Origin: Camelus dromedarius
Lineage: Eukaryota
Assembly (NCBI RefSeq): GCF_036321535.1
Contig: NC_087437.1
Location: 112,036,001-112,100,000, forward strand
Direction: 5' to 3'
DNA: 64,000 bases
In this document: piece after piece, positions 37,101-49,503 of the stretch
Layout: the number at the start of each line of letters is the position of its first letter
Numbering within the stretch: the first letter of the stretch is position 1
Position numbers and translations under genes: made by a program
Notes under the pieces: model-generated
Told to the model about the DNA's origin: nothing
What the model saw: only the letters and a program-made list of their open reading frames with translations
The model's database searches: none

Positions 37101-38475
37101 GCTGGCTGGTGCGGGCGCGTTCTGGCGAGCGGGGTTTGGGGGCCCGGAGGCTGCGGGGAAGCGAGGACTGGCCGGCGCTGGGGCCTGGGAGCTCAGTTCC
37201 GAGGGGGAGCGCAGCACAGTGGGCTGGGGGTGGGGGCTAGTGGTGAGGACTCCAGCACCCAGGGACTGAAGCAGTGGAGCGCACTGAACAGTGGGGAGTG
37301 AGAGGGAAATTTGCTTTGAGACCTAGTTCAACCATCTCTGGCTTTAAACAGCGCTGCTCCGGTAGCCACCACTTTATACGAAGGCACCTCTACGAGCATC
37401 CCTTCCTACAACTCCCCTCCCCCTGCCTCCCAAAAAGAAATGATTCTAAAAACTTTGGTTTCCCTGAAAACTTGGGCCCTGGCAGCACTTCGTTATACGG
37501 AGGAGGAGGTGATGGAGGGGGAGCTTTGGGGACTCCCTCTCCTTCCTCCTTTCTTGGCGGGTAGAAAACTCTTGGGAGCCCCTCTCCAGAAGCGGCCGTC
37601 TGGCCTTGCCCGCAAAGGTGGTCCGTGGCCCAGGGCCAGGGCCTACGAGTTAGTTCGAAGCTGGTATTTGGTACCAGAAGCACTTATGGTCGTGTCCAAT
37701 CTCCATATCTGGATAAACCCACAACTGTCTGAGAACTGTTGCCATTCCTCCCTGTCGCTCCTATTGGTTGGGGGGAGGGATTAATAAAACTGTCAATGTT
37801 TCATTTTCAACAGCACAGTCAAGCTTTATAGACAGTCAGAATAGAACCACTTGTGGATTGGAGTAATCTAAAACTGTCGACTTTGGGTACGGGTGATTTT
37901 TAGTTACTTCACAATAGAATCTCCCTCCCTCTGCATTCTTTCCATCTCTTGAGCACAAAGTGAGTTGGTTTCTTACCTGATTGGGGGCAGTCATTTTGAT
38001 ACTGAGGGTTTGACAGAACTCCAAGGATTTTGCTGTGAATATAGTTTTGGTTATTTGTGAGTTCAGTTGGCTCCTTAATTTTTTCTTTCTTGGATGTGTA
38101 AATACAATGTTGATAATGAGGTAAGTGCGTGCTGCTAAATTGTTTGCTCACGTGACTGCCAGCCCCTCCGGATTCTAAACCGGGTTTCCTATATATTGGT
38201 TTCTTTCCGCCACGTTTAACATAAATGACAAACTCCTCCACGTGCTTCCTGCCTCCCCACAAACCGCCTGGGCGCTACCAGAGTTGCAATACGAGATTCA
38301 CAGCGTCTGCCACATAACATCCCTCCTCTGATCGCTGCCCCTTGCAGAGAGTGTATCATCTGTTTTATTTTTGTAAAAAGAAAAAAGTGCTAAATAATAT
38401 TTATTACTTGTTTGGCTGCAAAAATGAAATAAATGATTGAGTGTTGAGATTTTAAATAAAATTCAAAGTAAGTTG
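37101..38475 (+). other. OLIG2: OLIG2 3' UTR (end approximate)
   Basis: Follows the stop codon; AU-rich distal part ending in tandem AATAAA signals. Confidence 0.75.
38428..38460 (+). terminator. Tandem polyadenylation signals AATAAA (38428-33, 38455-60)
   Basis: Two canonical hexamers followed by a GU-rich element (gttgggtgtttt). Confidence 0.8.
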
Positions 38476-38779
38476 GGTGTTTTCCAGCCTTGTGGATGGT
38501 AAGATTTGCAGCGAAGCTCCCCAGGAAGGGGGGCAAGACTCAATCACTTGGGGCCAGATTTGGGGACCATTTTGCTGATTTCGCCCTGGAGAAATATAAG
38601 AGGGTCGTTTGACTATTCTCTCCCCTAACAAACATACTCACATAACTCTTTAAAACACTCTCTGGGCACATCCTTAGGATGCTTCTCACAAATCACTTGT
38701 TTTTATTTTTATTTTCTGATGCCTAATCCAGAACTCCTTTTCCCTTCTGTTAAGGATTATGTTAATTGAAAATGAAAAT

Positions 38780-40300
38780 TTCCCTTTCTGCCCGCGGAAC
38801 TTTGAGCCTCGGGGCAAGGCCCCTGCCTTTGGCTGGGGTTCCCGGCGCTCAAGCTCCCTGCCCTGTCGCGACTTTATTTTCTCTCTGTTCAGAGGCGGTC
38901 GCCCACCCTCATCTGCTCCCCGGCTTCGCTAGGCTTCAGCTGCGGACCAGCCGTGTGGGGCCCCGGACCTGCAGCGCCTCGGCTGTTGGGGCTAAGTGCC
39001 GCGGGAGCGTTTGGCTTGGGATCCACTAACCCCTCGCTCCCTTCCCGGCGCTATGCACGACTCTCCCCCGGCGCCCACCCAGGCCTTGAACTGCAGAATG
39101 TCAGGTGCTGGGAACAGCCGGCGGGGAGCAAGACTGGAACCGTGCTCTGGCCTCGTGGTCTTCCCCGGGGTCACCTCTGTTTTCAAAATTGCAGTATAAA
39201 TTTAGGACGAGGCTCTTACGAGAGATTCTGGGTAAAAGTTTAAAAAAAAAAAAAAAGCTTCAGTCTTTCCCATCAAGGAAGAGGACAGACCATGTTGCAG
39301 TCTTTCAGCCCTTGGTCTTACGGGAAAACGTGCGCCCTTGAAGGCAGCGAATCGTGGACACAGTGGGTGGGCCCCCGGCCCTGGGTCCTTTCACCGAAGG
39401 CGCTTTTGGTGACCACCTGCAGAAGGTTCCTGCGCCTAGGGCACCTGCCAGGGACGGAGAAGTTTTCCTTGAGGTCGCCCCTGAGCCGGGCCCAGAGGAC
39501 TCCACTCCTGGGCGAGGCCGAGCGGTTGCAGAGCAGGGAGAAAGGGAATAGGGGCCGAGTTGCTCCACGTGAATCCAGGAAGAGGGTAGGGAGGGATCCG
39601 ATAGCTTTTATTTTGAAATCCCATTTGAAACGAAATTTGTTAAGAATTCAAAACTGGGTCCTGCTCTAGCCGAAGACACAAACAGAGAACCCCTCGGGCT
39701 GCCTGGGGTGGGGGGTGGGGGCGGGAGGTGTTGCTGGTGGCAGTCTCAGCGTCCTTCACCCATCTCGAGGCTTGGCGTGTGCAGGCGAGGGCCCCGGGTG
39801 TGCGTGGCATATGCATAGAGGGGCAGTTGTTGAAAGGAAGTAAATCAAGTCTCCCCCTTCAACCCCCAGACCCAAGCTCTCGGCGCGTGTCCAGCCGCCA
39901 GTCAGGCTAGACCTGGGCCTCCAAGGAAGGAGGGCCCAGATCCAGCCTCCCGGGAGCCACTCGCCTAAACCTCGCGCCCAGCCAGGAATCTGGGCCACCA
40001 CTTGAGAGCGGAGCGTCCTGGGATGCCAAGTAGGCACACACAGACGCACTGGAGCGAGTACGTCCCCAGGGCAGGTGGTTCCTTGCAGAGAGTGGCCCCA
40101 GACTGGCGGGGCCATGAGGGGGGTGCTTAGGCCGGGGGGGGGGTGCTTAGGCCAGCGGCTGGGCTTCTGAGTAGGTGGGAAAAGATGTTAGGCTACCGCG
40201 TTGACTTCCAAGGACCCCCGCACTGAGAGAGCGGAAGGAAGAAGGCGGAAAACAGTCCCGGGAACCACGCAGTCTACAGGGCACTGGCAGATAGGGTCCC
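38780..40300. promoter_or_regulatory. CpG-rich region just 3' of OLIG2
   Basis: High GC/CpG content by inspection. Confidence 0.6.
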
Positions 40301-41659
40301 CTTTCTGGGGTCCAGTGGTCCTTTCAGGTGCTGGCCCACAGCTCAGCTTCCCCACCCCCTACACGGCCCTGGCAATTCCTCAGCTCTCAGCCTCGGGGCC
40401 CAGAGACTTCTGTCAACAGCCCCCAAAGTCTCCGAGATTCTCCCCAACTTCCTCCCCCACCTCATAAAAACTTTGTGAGGGACAGGGCCCTCCTCCATGG
40501 CCTCTGCCCCCCTAGAGCACTGCCTCCCTCCTCACTCCCTTCCTGGGGCAGGAGACACAGAGACGTGACCGTTCCCTGGAGTCTATGTTGAAGGGCATGC
40601 CAGAACCCCACGGGGATGCTGCCCTGTGTCTCTAGCCCCATAGAGTTGAAACTGAATCCCTGCAACAAGCAGCGAGCCAAGGGGCAAAGCAGACCCTCAC
40701 AGTTAAAGTGCATCTCAGTTGGGGAATGTGTTGCTGAGACCCGAGGTGTCACACTCCCAGAGAGGAGGGCTGTAGGAAATACTAAGTACCAGGGACACAC
40801 GTGGTGATCTGGAGCTGAGGCAGCCCAGCAAGTAAGGCCTTTTCTTCTCATTGCCAGACTGAAACCAGGGAGATGCTCCAAGGCCAGGCCACTGGGGTTT
40901 CAAGCCCCTTAGATACTCTCAGTGATGGAGAACCATCTGTCTCCCTTTAGGGCAGAACTTACCTAGCAATCTGTCTGAACTCCCTCTATTAAGTAAACAC
41001 CTTGATGACCTCTAGAAGTTTGTCTAAGGCAAAAGATTCCCCTTACCACAAGCCTGCCTCTCATTTTAAATCCCTCTTTTAGTACAAGCTTTGGGTCAAG
41101 TCTGTGCCTCCCAGTACTAGTAAGGATTATGTGAGTCTTTGACAGGGGCCCTACACCAACCATCTCAAGACACCTTGCTGGTAACAAGCCCTCATTCACT
41201 GTCTCTGCAAATCTGTAAGAGAGGGCAGAATCAGACTTCGCGGTTCTCAGGGTAAGTGGCTGCTGCACTGAGTCCTGCCCTGGCTGTGGAGAGGTACCTG
41301 TGGAACTGCGTGGGTCAGTAGGCCATTCCTCCGTTTGCAGGCTGCAGACAGTCCATAGGCTTAGACCCCTGGGGCTAAGCCCTCCATCCCTTATCAGAGT
41401 AATGGGCAACTCTAGGCAGGACAGAGATGGGCATCACCCCCTCACTCACATCCCTGCTTCCCGTCTTTCTCTTGGGGCAGCGCTATTGCTACAGGGTGGG
41501 GTTAATGGGGGGGGGAAGACGCTGCAGAGAGGAGCATGAGACAGATTCAGGAGCAAGGAAGCAGTGTGAGGCTGCACCTCAGGGAGCTCAGGATACTAAT
41601 AATAGGCAAAGAAGGCTGGAAGAGGAGGGGCCAATAGTTACTGAAGGCTAGTCGGTATT

Positions 41660-41856
41660 GGGCACCACACAGAGAGCTTCGCGTGTGTTATTAGTTCATT
41701 CAATTCTCAGGGTAACCCTTTGAGGATGGTGCTATTATCATTCCATTTTACAGGTGAGGAAACTGAGGCGCAGAGAGGGTAAGTGGCTGGCTCAGGGGAA
41801 GAGACAATAAATGGAGGCAGCAAATTTGTAATCCTGGGAGTCTGACTCCAGAGCCC
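41660..41856 (-). mobile_element. MIR SINE
   Basis: ccattttacaggtgaggaaactgaggcgcagagagggtaagt...tctgactccagagccc. Confidence 0.85.
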
Positions 41857-41899
41857 ATGTCAGGGAGGTCGCACCAGCCATACCCCCCAGACCCTGGCT

Positions 41900-43050
41900 C
41901 AGCCATCTCCTCTCCCGGAATCCTCGGAGCTCCCGCGCTGCTATCCACCCGCCTCCGCCGCCATCCTCCAGGTCCCCTTAGGTGCTACTCCTAGTGCTCC
42001 CCTTGTGCGCCAGGACCCCATCTGGCCCCGCGCCCCTATCTGGGCGGCAGGCGGTGCCGACAGGCCTTAGCAATTAGCGGGCTCGGGTGGGCGCGCGGCG
42101 CGGCCCGCAGCGGGTGAGCCCAGGCGGCCACTAATTAGGGCGGCCGGCGGCGCGGAGAGGGACCGTCGTTCGGGCAGGACAGCTGCCGCCCCCGCCGGCC
42201 CGCGGGCCTCGCCCCCGCTTGCGTGGTCCACACCCCGTGCAGCAATTCGGAAAGGAGTCGCCAACCGAAATGCCTGCAGCGCCCTGGGCGACCCCGGCGC
42301 GGGACGGGCTGATGGGCACAGGAGGAAGCTGTGGGGACCCCGCGGGCTGGGAGAGCGCGCTGTCCTACCAGGGGATTGCAGACCCCGCTTTACAACACCC
42401 CAGGGCCCCATAGACACGCGGCAAGGGGAAGCCGGACTGGCCTGCGGGTTTCCAGGTTGCAACTCCTGGAAGTGGCGTAGCCGACCAGGACGGCCCGGCT
42501 GGGCGCTGGCTTTGGGGTCCTTGGACCGCCAGGTCGCCGCTCTCCGGCAACGGACTTGTCCGTGATCTTGCGCCAAACTGTGCGCCGGCGTCCCCTCTGC
42601 CCCTTGCTTCCTGCATCCTCCCCGGGCAGAACCGGGCCCGTGGGGACTGCGCACCCCGGCTTCGCTGGCCCGCCCCGCCCGCCGATGCCCCAGCGCCGCC
42701 CGCTTGGGCTCGGATCTTCTAATCTTCGATCAGCAGCTGCCTTGGACCGCGCGGGGCTTTCCTTTGAAGAGCTTTGAGACCGCGGCGGCCCCACGGCCTC
42801 TGAGTCCACTAGATGGAGGTGGCGGGGGGGGGGGGTTGGCAGGCTCCTGAGAGGAAGACACGCAGAACTCACCAGAAGCGCCGAAGTTCGGATAGAGGCC
42901 AAACAGCTTCCCTAGGGAATCCCGAAGCTCGACAACACCGGCCTGGCACTTGCATCTGGGTCTACGCATCTTAGTCCGCACTCACGCACTAGGCCTCAGG
43001 CACCCGAGCTTGTGCTTACGGGTCCATGAACACGGGCGAGTCTGGAACCT
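41900..43050. promoter_or_regulatory. Downstream CpG island (~+7 kb)
   Basis: Very CpG-dense. Contains CTAATTAG (42131-38), GLI-like TGCGTGGTC (42220-28) and CTCF-like CCACTAGATGGAGG (42806-19). Confidence 0.75.
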
Positions 43051-44174
43051 GGAAGCACCAGCCTTGGTCTGGAAGCCCTAGGGGCCTCCTGAACTCTGGA
43101 GGCCAGCTGAGGACAGCTCCGTTTACCTTCCCTTTCCTTGGCTGACCGGAAAGCTGGGAATCTGTCCCGTCCTGGGCCTTCTAGGCCTTGTAGGCCTGGG
43201 CCGCTGACCTTCCCTCTACCATCCTTCCAGTCCAAACTCATTCCTCAAATCTTGGCAATAGAAGCTTGCCTTGCAGAGTAGGATGGGACTGGCCTCTCAG
43301 AGGCTCTGTGAGCTCTCTCTGACCTCAGTTGCCTCATCTGTAGAATGGAGGCAGGTTGGGTGATCACCAGAGCTCCGTGGAAGGATCAGGCTCCACCCTG
43401 CGTACCTGAGCCCCCTGGGTCCCCTGATCCACCTCTGGGAGAAGTTCTGGGAGTCCCTGACCAGCAGGGAGGGTGTGATGGGTGAAAACAACTCGCCTTA
43501 GTGTCCTGTGTGTGCACCAATGGAATTCACAGACTTCGCTCAAGTGGGAGTGTAGACAATTTTAGAAATGGCGACCAATGGTCCTTGGGTTTTTGGCTCC
43601 CCCATGGTACAAATCGGCATGGATGTCTTTGTATCTAGACGTGCCTGCTTAATGTAAAAAAAATGAATGGATGGATGGTCCAGTGGAAGTGAATGGAGGA
43701 CCCTGGGAAGGAAGAGGTTTCCAGGGCATAGGGAGAGAGACAAGAGTGTTAGGTGACCTGGGAATCAGGCACTGATAGGGACCATTGGGGCCTAAAGACT
43801 GGGGGCAATTTTGATTCTACTCAAGACAGCTGGATTCAGATACCCCAACCTACAAGTGAGCAAGGTTATGAGACCTCCCAGAGCATCTGTCTCTTCTTAT
43901 GTAAATAGAATAGTTAATAATAGTACCTGACAGTTGTGTTACTACCAGAATTAAATGAAATGGCCTAGGATTAAGTGACTGGCCTCCTGCTTGGTCCTAG
44001 CCATGTATGGATGCCCTGGGCCCAGAGACCTGGTTGGGGTACAGCTGCTGGACCCTCACGCATGAGTCTGGGCCCCCAGGTAAGTCATGTGTTGGGGTGG
44101 GGGGTGTGGTCAAGCACCAGGAAGACCATGATTGGGCAGCTAGGTGTGGGGTGGTATGTTGCCTTGGCACAGCT

Positions 44175-44320
44175 CCACCAGCTGTGTGACCTTGAACAAG
44201 AGTCTGAGCCTTAGCTTCTTTCTCTGCAAAATGGGCATAATGCTAGTACCACCTTCGCTGGGCATCAGGTTTGAAAGGGAGAACAGGGCCCTGGGCCTGG
44301 CACACAGGGCAGGCCAAATG
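44175..44320 (+). mobile_element. MIR fragment
   Basis: agctgtgtgaccttgaacaag...tctgcaaaatgggcataat. Confidence 0.65.
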
Positions 44321-45249
44321 AGGCTGAAGAGCCTGCCTGGTTGCTGGGGTGTCATTTCATCAACTCTTCTGGGGTGTCCTATGAGTTAGGGTTCCTGTTA
44401 CTCTGTCACCTGACCTGCCCGGCAGCATACCGAGGGGGTCTGTATGACCCAGGACCCAGGAAAGTCCCAGAAACTCTATATACAGAGTTTAGTTCCTAAC
44501 CCCTCCCTTCCCCTCCTCATTCAGGGAAAAGCCCCTGTTCTCACCTCCGAATGCCCCAGGGTGCCTGGTACGGGGTCTGACACATAGTTCTTGCATTGGA
44601 TAGTGCAACAGGGCCCACACTCCACACAGAACTGAGTACCTTCACAGGCAGGAGCCAGAATCCAAGAGGAATTCATTGAAGGGAAGGTGGCCTGTGAAAC
44701 AAGCTGAGACCCTAGCCTCACAGATCTCTCCCCTCCCTCTCAAGGCCAGGCCTGCTGGTCCCTCGATCCATGCCCCTTGGATACCTGATGCAAGGGGTCA
44801 GCTGGAAGGCAAAAGATCATCCCACTTAGAATTGCAGCTGGGAGCCACAGGGAGAGCAGTGGTGGGCCCTCCAGGGAGTGGGGCTGGGAGCTCCCCATCA
44901 CCCCACTTCTGAACTCGCGCAGCTATTCAGGCCAGTGCAGCTAATAAAGACATCAGAGTCCTGCATGGCTCAGCCCGGGAAGGAAGGAAGTGACCCAGTG
45001 CAGCCTGGGCGCTGGCAAAGGCTGCAGCAGGGGCAGGGAACTCAGAAATCTGTTAAACCAAGAAGGCTTGGCCAGCCACCTCCATCCCGAGACTTACCCT
45101 CTCAGCCCCTCTACTTCCCACCATCCCCTCCCTGAGCCGGGATCAGGGCTCAGCCCAACTCACCCACCTAGATCTGTTTGTCATCACCCCCATCGTTTTC
45201 TGTGTTTAACGCATCAGCTCCTCCTACACATTCACTTCTTTTGGTTGGT

Positions 45250-45665
45250 TTGTTTTCATTGAGGTGAAATTTCCGTAACATGAAATTAACCATTTTAAAG
45301 TGAACAAATCAGTGGCATTCACAGTGTTCTGCAATCACTGCTTCTCTCTACTCTCTCTAGTTCCAAAACATTTTTAACACCCCAAAGTAAAACCCATTAA
45401 GCAGTTACTCTCCACGCCCTGTCCCTTCAGCCCCTGGTAGCTATTAATCTGTTTTTAGCTTCTATGGATTTACCTGTTCTAGACATTTTGTATAAATGGA
45501 ATCATGCAATATGTTCCTTCTGTGTCTAATTTTTTTTTTACTTAGCATGATGATTTTGAGGTTCATCCACCCTGTACCTGTGTTGGTGTTTCATTCCTTC
45601 TAAAGCAGAATACCATGCTATTGTATGTATGTACTGCATTCTGTTCATCCACTCATCTGCTAACA
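45250..45665 (-). mobile_element. L1MB-like 3' end
   Basis: ttgaggtgaaatt...aaattaaccattttaaagtgaaca...tataaatggaatcat...cttagcatga...aggttcatcca. Confidence 0.8.
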
Positions 45666-46639
45666 GTCTCATTTACCTCTGAGTAACTCCTCAGGCCACT
45701 GCATGTGACTCGCCATGATGAAAAGAAGCCTGGGCTAGGAGTTAAAAATTCAGAGGAGGCTGGGTGTTCTAAGGCAAGTTGTTTCACCTTTCTGGGCCTT
45801 GACCTGCTCATCTATAAAGTGAAAAGTTTGGCAAGGGCCGTTCCAAGTTTTGACCCTTTGCAAATTTTCCCAACTCTGCAGTCCTCCCTGCCACTCAAAG
45901 AAAGAAGCCCCACGCCTTTCCTGCCAGCTGTAACCCAGTGTCAAGGACCCATTCAAAAAACTGCCCTGGGGCTTGACAGGAACCCCAGTAGATCAGGTCT
46001 GCCTAAGAAATCTATACTTTTGGGTCTTAGAGAGGTCAAGTCTTAGTGAGAAGCCTGGCTGAAGTGGGTAGTTTTATGTGAGTTATTCCCTTATTAAACA
46101 CTCAGCCAGACTCTCATCACTTGTGACTTGGTGATGAAATGGCCAACTTACTTGTGGCACATACAGCTCCTCATTATGATACAGTTAAGAGTCACATTTT
46201 AAGAAGTGGACATTGAACTAGATCATGAGGATTCAACACAAATCAGGGGATTGCACAAATTGATCTCCTGACTCCTGTGATCTCCATCTTTCATTCAGAG
46301 CACATTTACCACCCTGTTACCCCATCTCCTGCTTTGGGCAGGTTGGAAACATACAGAAACAGGGTTAAGAAATAAGCTCTTTCTAACCATTTAAGAGCTT
46401 TGAGACCTAACCTAATTGGAGGGGGTCAGTCAACTGATTATTCCAATTGGAATTGAACTGGGTGGGGCTGACTTTAATCTAGGAAAGGTACCATTATCTC
46501 AAGGATATTTTATGTTTCTCTTTGGAATATGGAAACTCTGTCAATTGAGATAATTTAGCTTCTTCCTTTCCAATACTCCAACCTTGCCCTGGCTCTTTCA
46601 ATTTCCTTACTCTGTTCACTGTTCTTTTCTCCATACTGT

Positions 46640-46820
46640 TTCTTTTTTTGATTTATTAAATTTGGTGTTTATTGTCTGTCTTCCCCAGTGGCATATAAGC
46701 TCCAGGAGGCAGTGATCTTTGTTCATCCTGATCACTGATGTAGAACAGTGCCCAGCACATAGTAAGAGCTCACTAAACAACGGTTGAGTGAATGAATGGA
46801 ATGAATGAATGAATGGGATG
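46640..46820 (+). mobile_element. L2 3' end with (TGAA)n tail
   Basis: tagaacagtgcccagcacatagtaagagctca...tgaatgaatgaatg. Confidence 0.85.
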
Positions 46821-49002
46821 AATGCATTAGGAGGATTTTTGCCACCAAGCCCTTTCCTAACCAGTGCAGAAGAGGCACAAAGCTTCACTGGGGCTCCCAC
46901 ATGAGAAAACACAAGCAGAATCTGATTCCGGGAAAAGTGTACTGTTGAACTCTGCCTTCCCCAAAATGCTTTTTAAAAAACAGCCAAATCTTGGAGGCTG
47001 GTCTTGTATGGGTCTTGGGATGGGGAGCAAATAAGGGGTTTTCTGAAATAATTTATTAGTTAGGATCAACAAACTTACTAAAGCTGTAACACTTAACCAA
47101 CTTACTAAAACTGTAACATTCTCTACTTCTTCCTTGAGTCCCTTGGGTTAGTTTTTGAGCATAATTAGGATCCAGACCTTGAGGTCTCAGATTGACCTTA
47201 CAATTAAATGGATTCAGAATTGGACAACTTGCCCTAATCCTTAGGGAGGCAAACTTCTCAGCTTAAAAAAAAAAAAAAAAAAAGGCAAGTCTTCAATTTG
47301 ATGAATCTTTCTGATGAGAGCATATCTGAAAGAGGAAAAACATTTCCTGGCAAATTAGCAGCTCCCACAAAGTCATAAACAGAACGAATACGTGTGGGAG
47401 GGGGTGGGCAGGGGGGTTGCAACTTTTCAATGCAGACAGCCAGCATAAACCTTAACATGACATGTCCTAAGGAAAAAAAAAAAAAACTGTTCAGTGGTTG
47501 TATTTATCCCGAATGCAAAACTGCCCCCTTTGTTGAGGTCGGCTGGACCAAGTCGGCCGGGAGAACAATGTGGAGTCTGCTGGCGGGGCGGCCATGTGCT
47601 AATGTGCTCATGCAATACAGGCCGCAACAGATGGCTGTGAGAACACCCGGGCGGCGCCTGCCTGGGTCAGCACGCAGAGCCCCAGCCTGCTTCCCAGTTC
47701 TGTCCAGTGATCAAAACACTGCTTCTCTTTGGAGAGATGATGGCTGTCCCTGGGAGGCGGGCGGTGCCCCTTCTGCCGTAAGGGGCACAATGGGGAGAGC
47801 AACAGTGCAAAGGAATCACTCCAGTGGAGGGGGGCGGGTGTTGGTTGGTTTGAACCCTGTCGCAGAAGCAGAGTGGAAACGTATTTTCATACGCTTGAAA
47901 GTCAGAAGAAGGGAGACACATGCAGTGTTATTCCAGTGTGTTAGCTCATGGGCACTTCTCACGTTTTCCATCTTCTAGACCCAGGATTGGTGTTTTAGGT
48001 GTAGTTCTAATTTTCCATCCTTTCCTCTGAGGAGTCTGTCTTCTCTCCTTCCCCACATCTCAGTCACTTACTAAAGAGAGAGAGGAAACCACCCCTCAAA
48101 CCCAAACCCAAACCCAAACAAAACCCAGCTTTCTTGCAACTACAAAGAGTCCAAAGAAATTCCTTTGGAAACCTAGCTAAATGAGATGCATCTGGCCTCC
48201 TCTGAGGTCCGTCCCTGCTTCCCTTCACATGAGAAGAAAACCCACATTAGCCAGCACTTTTGCCCTTCCCACCCCTACCTTGAAGCAAAGCCTTGAGCAG
48301 ATTGGGCTGAGTTGACATCTTGAGGCTCACATGTCCCAGGAGAGGAGGCAGGACCATCAAAGACCGTCTTTGTCTCCCCATCCACCATGCCAGGCTGAGC
48401 TCATCAGCCCTGCCCACTCTCCCGCTCACGGCCCCGGCTCTGGACACCAGGACTCACTCTGAGCAAAGCCTCCCAGGAGGAAAGTAGCACAGGGAGGGCG
48501 GTAGCTCAGAGACCCACCCCAGGTCCACACAGGGCAGGGAAGCACCCACAGGCACAAAAAGGGGCCAGAAAGGACTATAAACCCCTAGCCTCTGACTCTC
48601 TGAAACAGATAAGCAGGCATGCCCCTGCCATTCGGTCTTCAAAGTTGGTCTAAGCTTTATGGCGTTCATGCGGGGAGCCCCAGGAAGTTGGTACGTTCCC
48701 CAGCCTCTCCCCACGAGCGGTCTGTGCAGCATTCCTCCTGTTGATGCCGGTGTTTGGGATAAGTGTGTATCTCCAGAAAGCCCTGTAAACATGCTCATTT
48801 GCTGGAGGGGGGGAATAAACAGGAAGCCATTAGCACAGGTCAGTCTATAAAGTATTATTTATAGTAGGGCACCATGAGCCTGGAACTGGCAGACTCGACC
48901 TAGAAGGGGTGCGGGGCAGGCCAAGGAGAGAGAGAACATGAGACTTAACAGGGCGAGTGCCATGCCAGCCAGAAGTAGGCTTTGGGGAGGGGCGTTGAGG
49001 GT

Positions 49003-49440
49003 GTATCAGTTAGGGGACAGGCTAGGCACTGTAACCAAGAAAGCTCCACAACAGTACAAGTTAAATGAAGTTAAAGTCCAGGGGACGTTGTCCAGGGCTG
49101 GTCTGGAGGCTTGATGGCATCAAAGACCCACATTCCTTCCCCAATGTGGCTCAGCTGTCCTCAACACACAGCCCCCACCTGTGACCAGGAGAGTTCTTCC
49201 AAACCCGCTGTCATGACTGTATTCTGGCAAACAGGACTGGAGAAGGGGTGGGCCCTCTTTTCCCTTTACCTACACACAGAAGTGGCATATGTCACTTCAG
49301 CTCATAGTCCTCAAGGAAGAACTGAGTCATATGGTCACATCTAACTGCAGAGGAGGTTGGAAATGTGGCCTTCTTCTGGGTGGCTATGTGCTAACTAAAA
49401 CTCCTATTACTAACAAGGGGAGAGCAGATACTGGGGGACA
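49003..49440 (-). mobile_element. Old MaLR LTR (MLT1J/K-like)
   Basis: tgtatcagttagg...cagaagtggcatatgtcacttcagctcat...gtcatatggtcacatctaactgcagaggagg. Confidence 0.6.
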
Positions 49441-49503
49441 CAGGGCCAAGCCACACAGAGCTGAGGCAGGAAGGTCACTCAAAGACCTTGGCATCAACAG
49501 CAT

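Larger units (their letters stand above)
34430..37300. promoter_or_regulatory. CpG island over OLIG2 promoter and CDS
   Basis: Visibly high GC and CpG density; boundaries estimated by eye. Confidence 0.85.

Noticed and set aside
35990..37217. Antisense ORFs over OLIG2 (180 aa, 168 aa and others)
   Set aside because: Expected shadows of a GC-rich CDS; no recognisable protein.
42067..42902. 170-195 aa ORFs in the CpG island
   Set aside because: Stop-codon scarcity in GC-rich DNA; Pro/Arg/Gly-rich with no recognisable homology.
47394..47978. 194-aa ORF
   Set aside because: Non-ATG start, spans a poly(A) run, no recognisable protein; more plausibly regulatory DNA.
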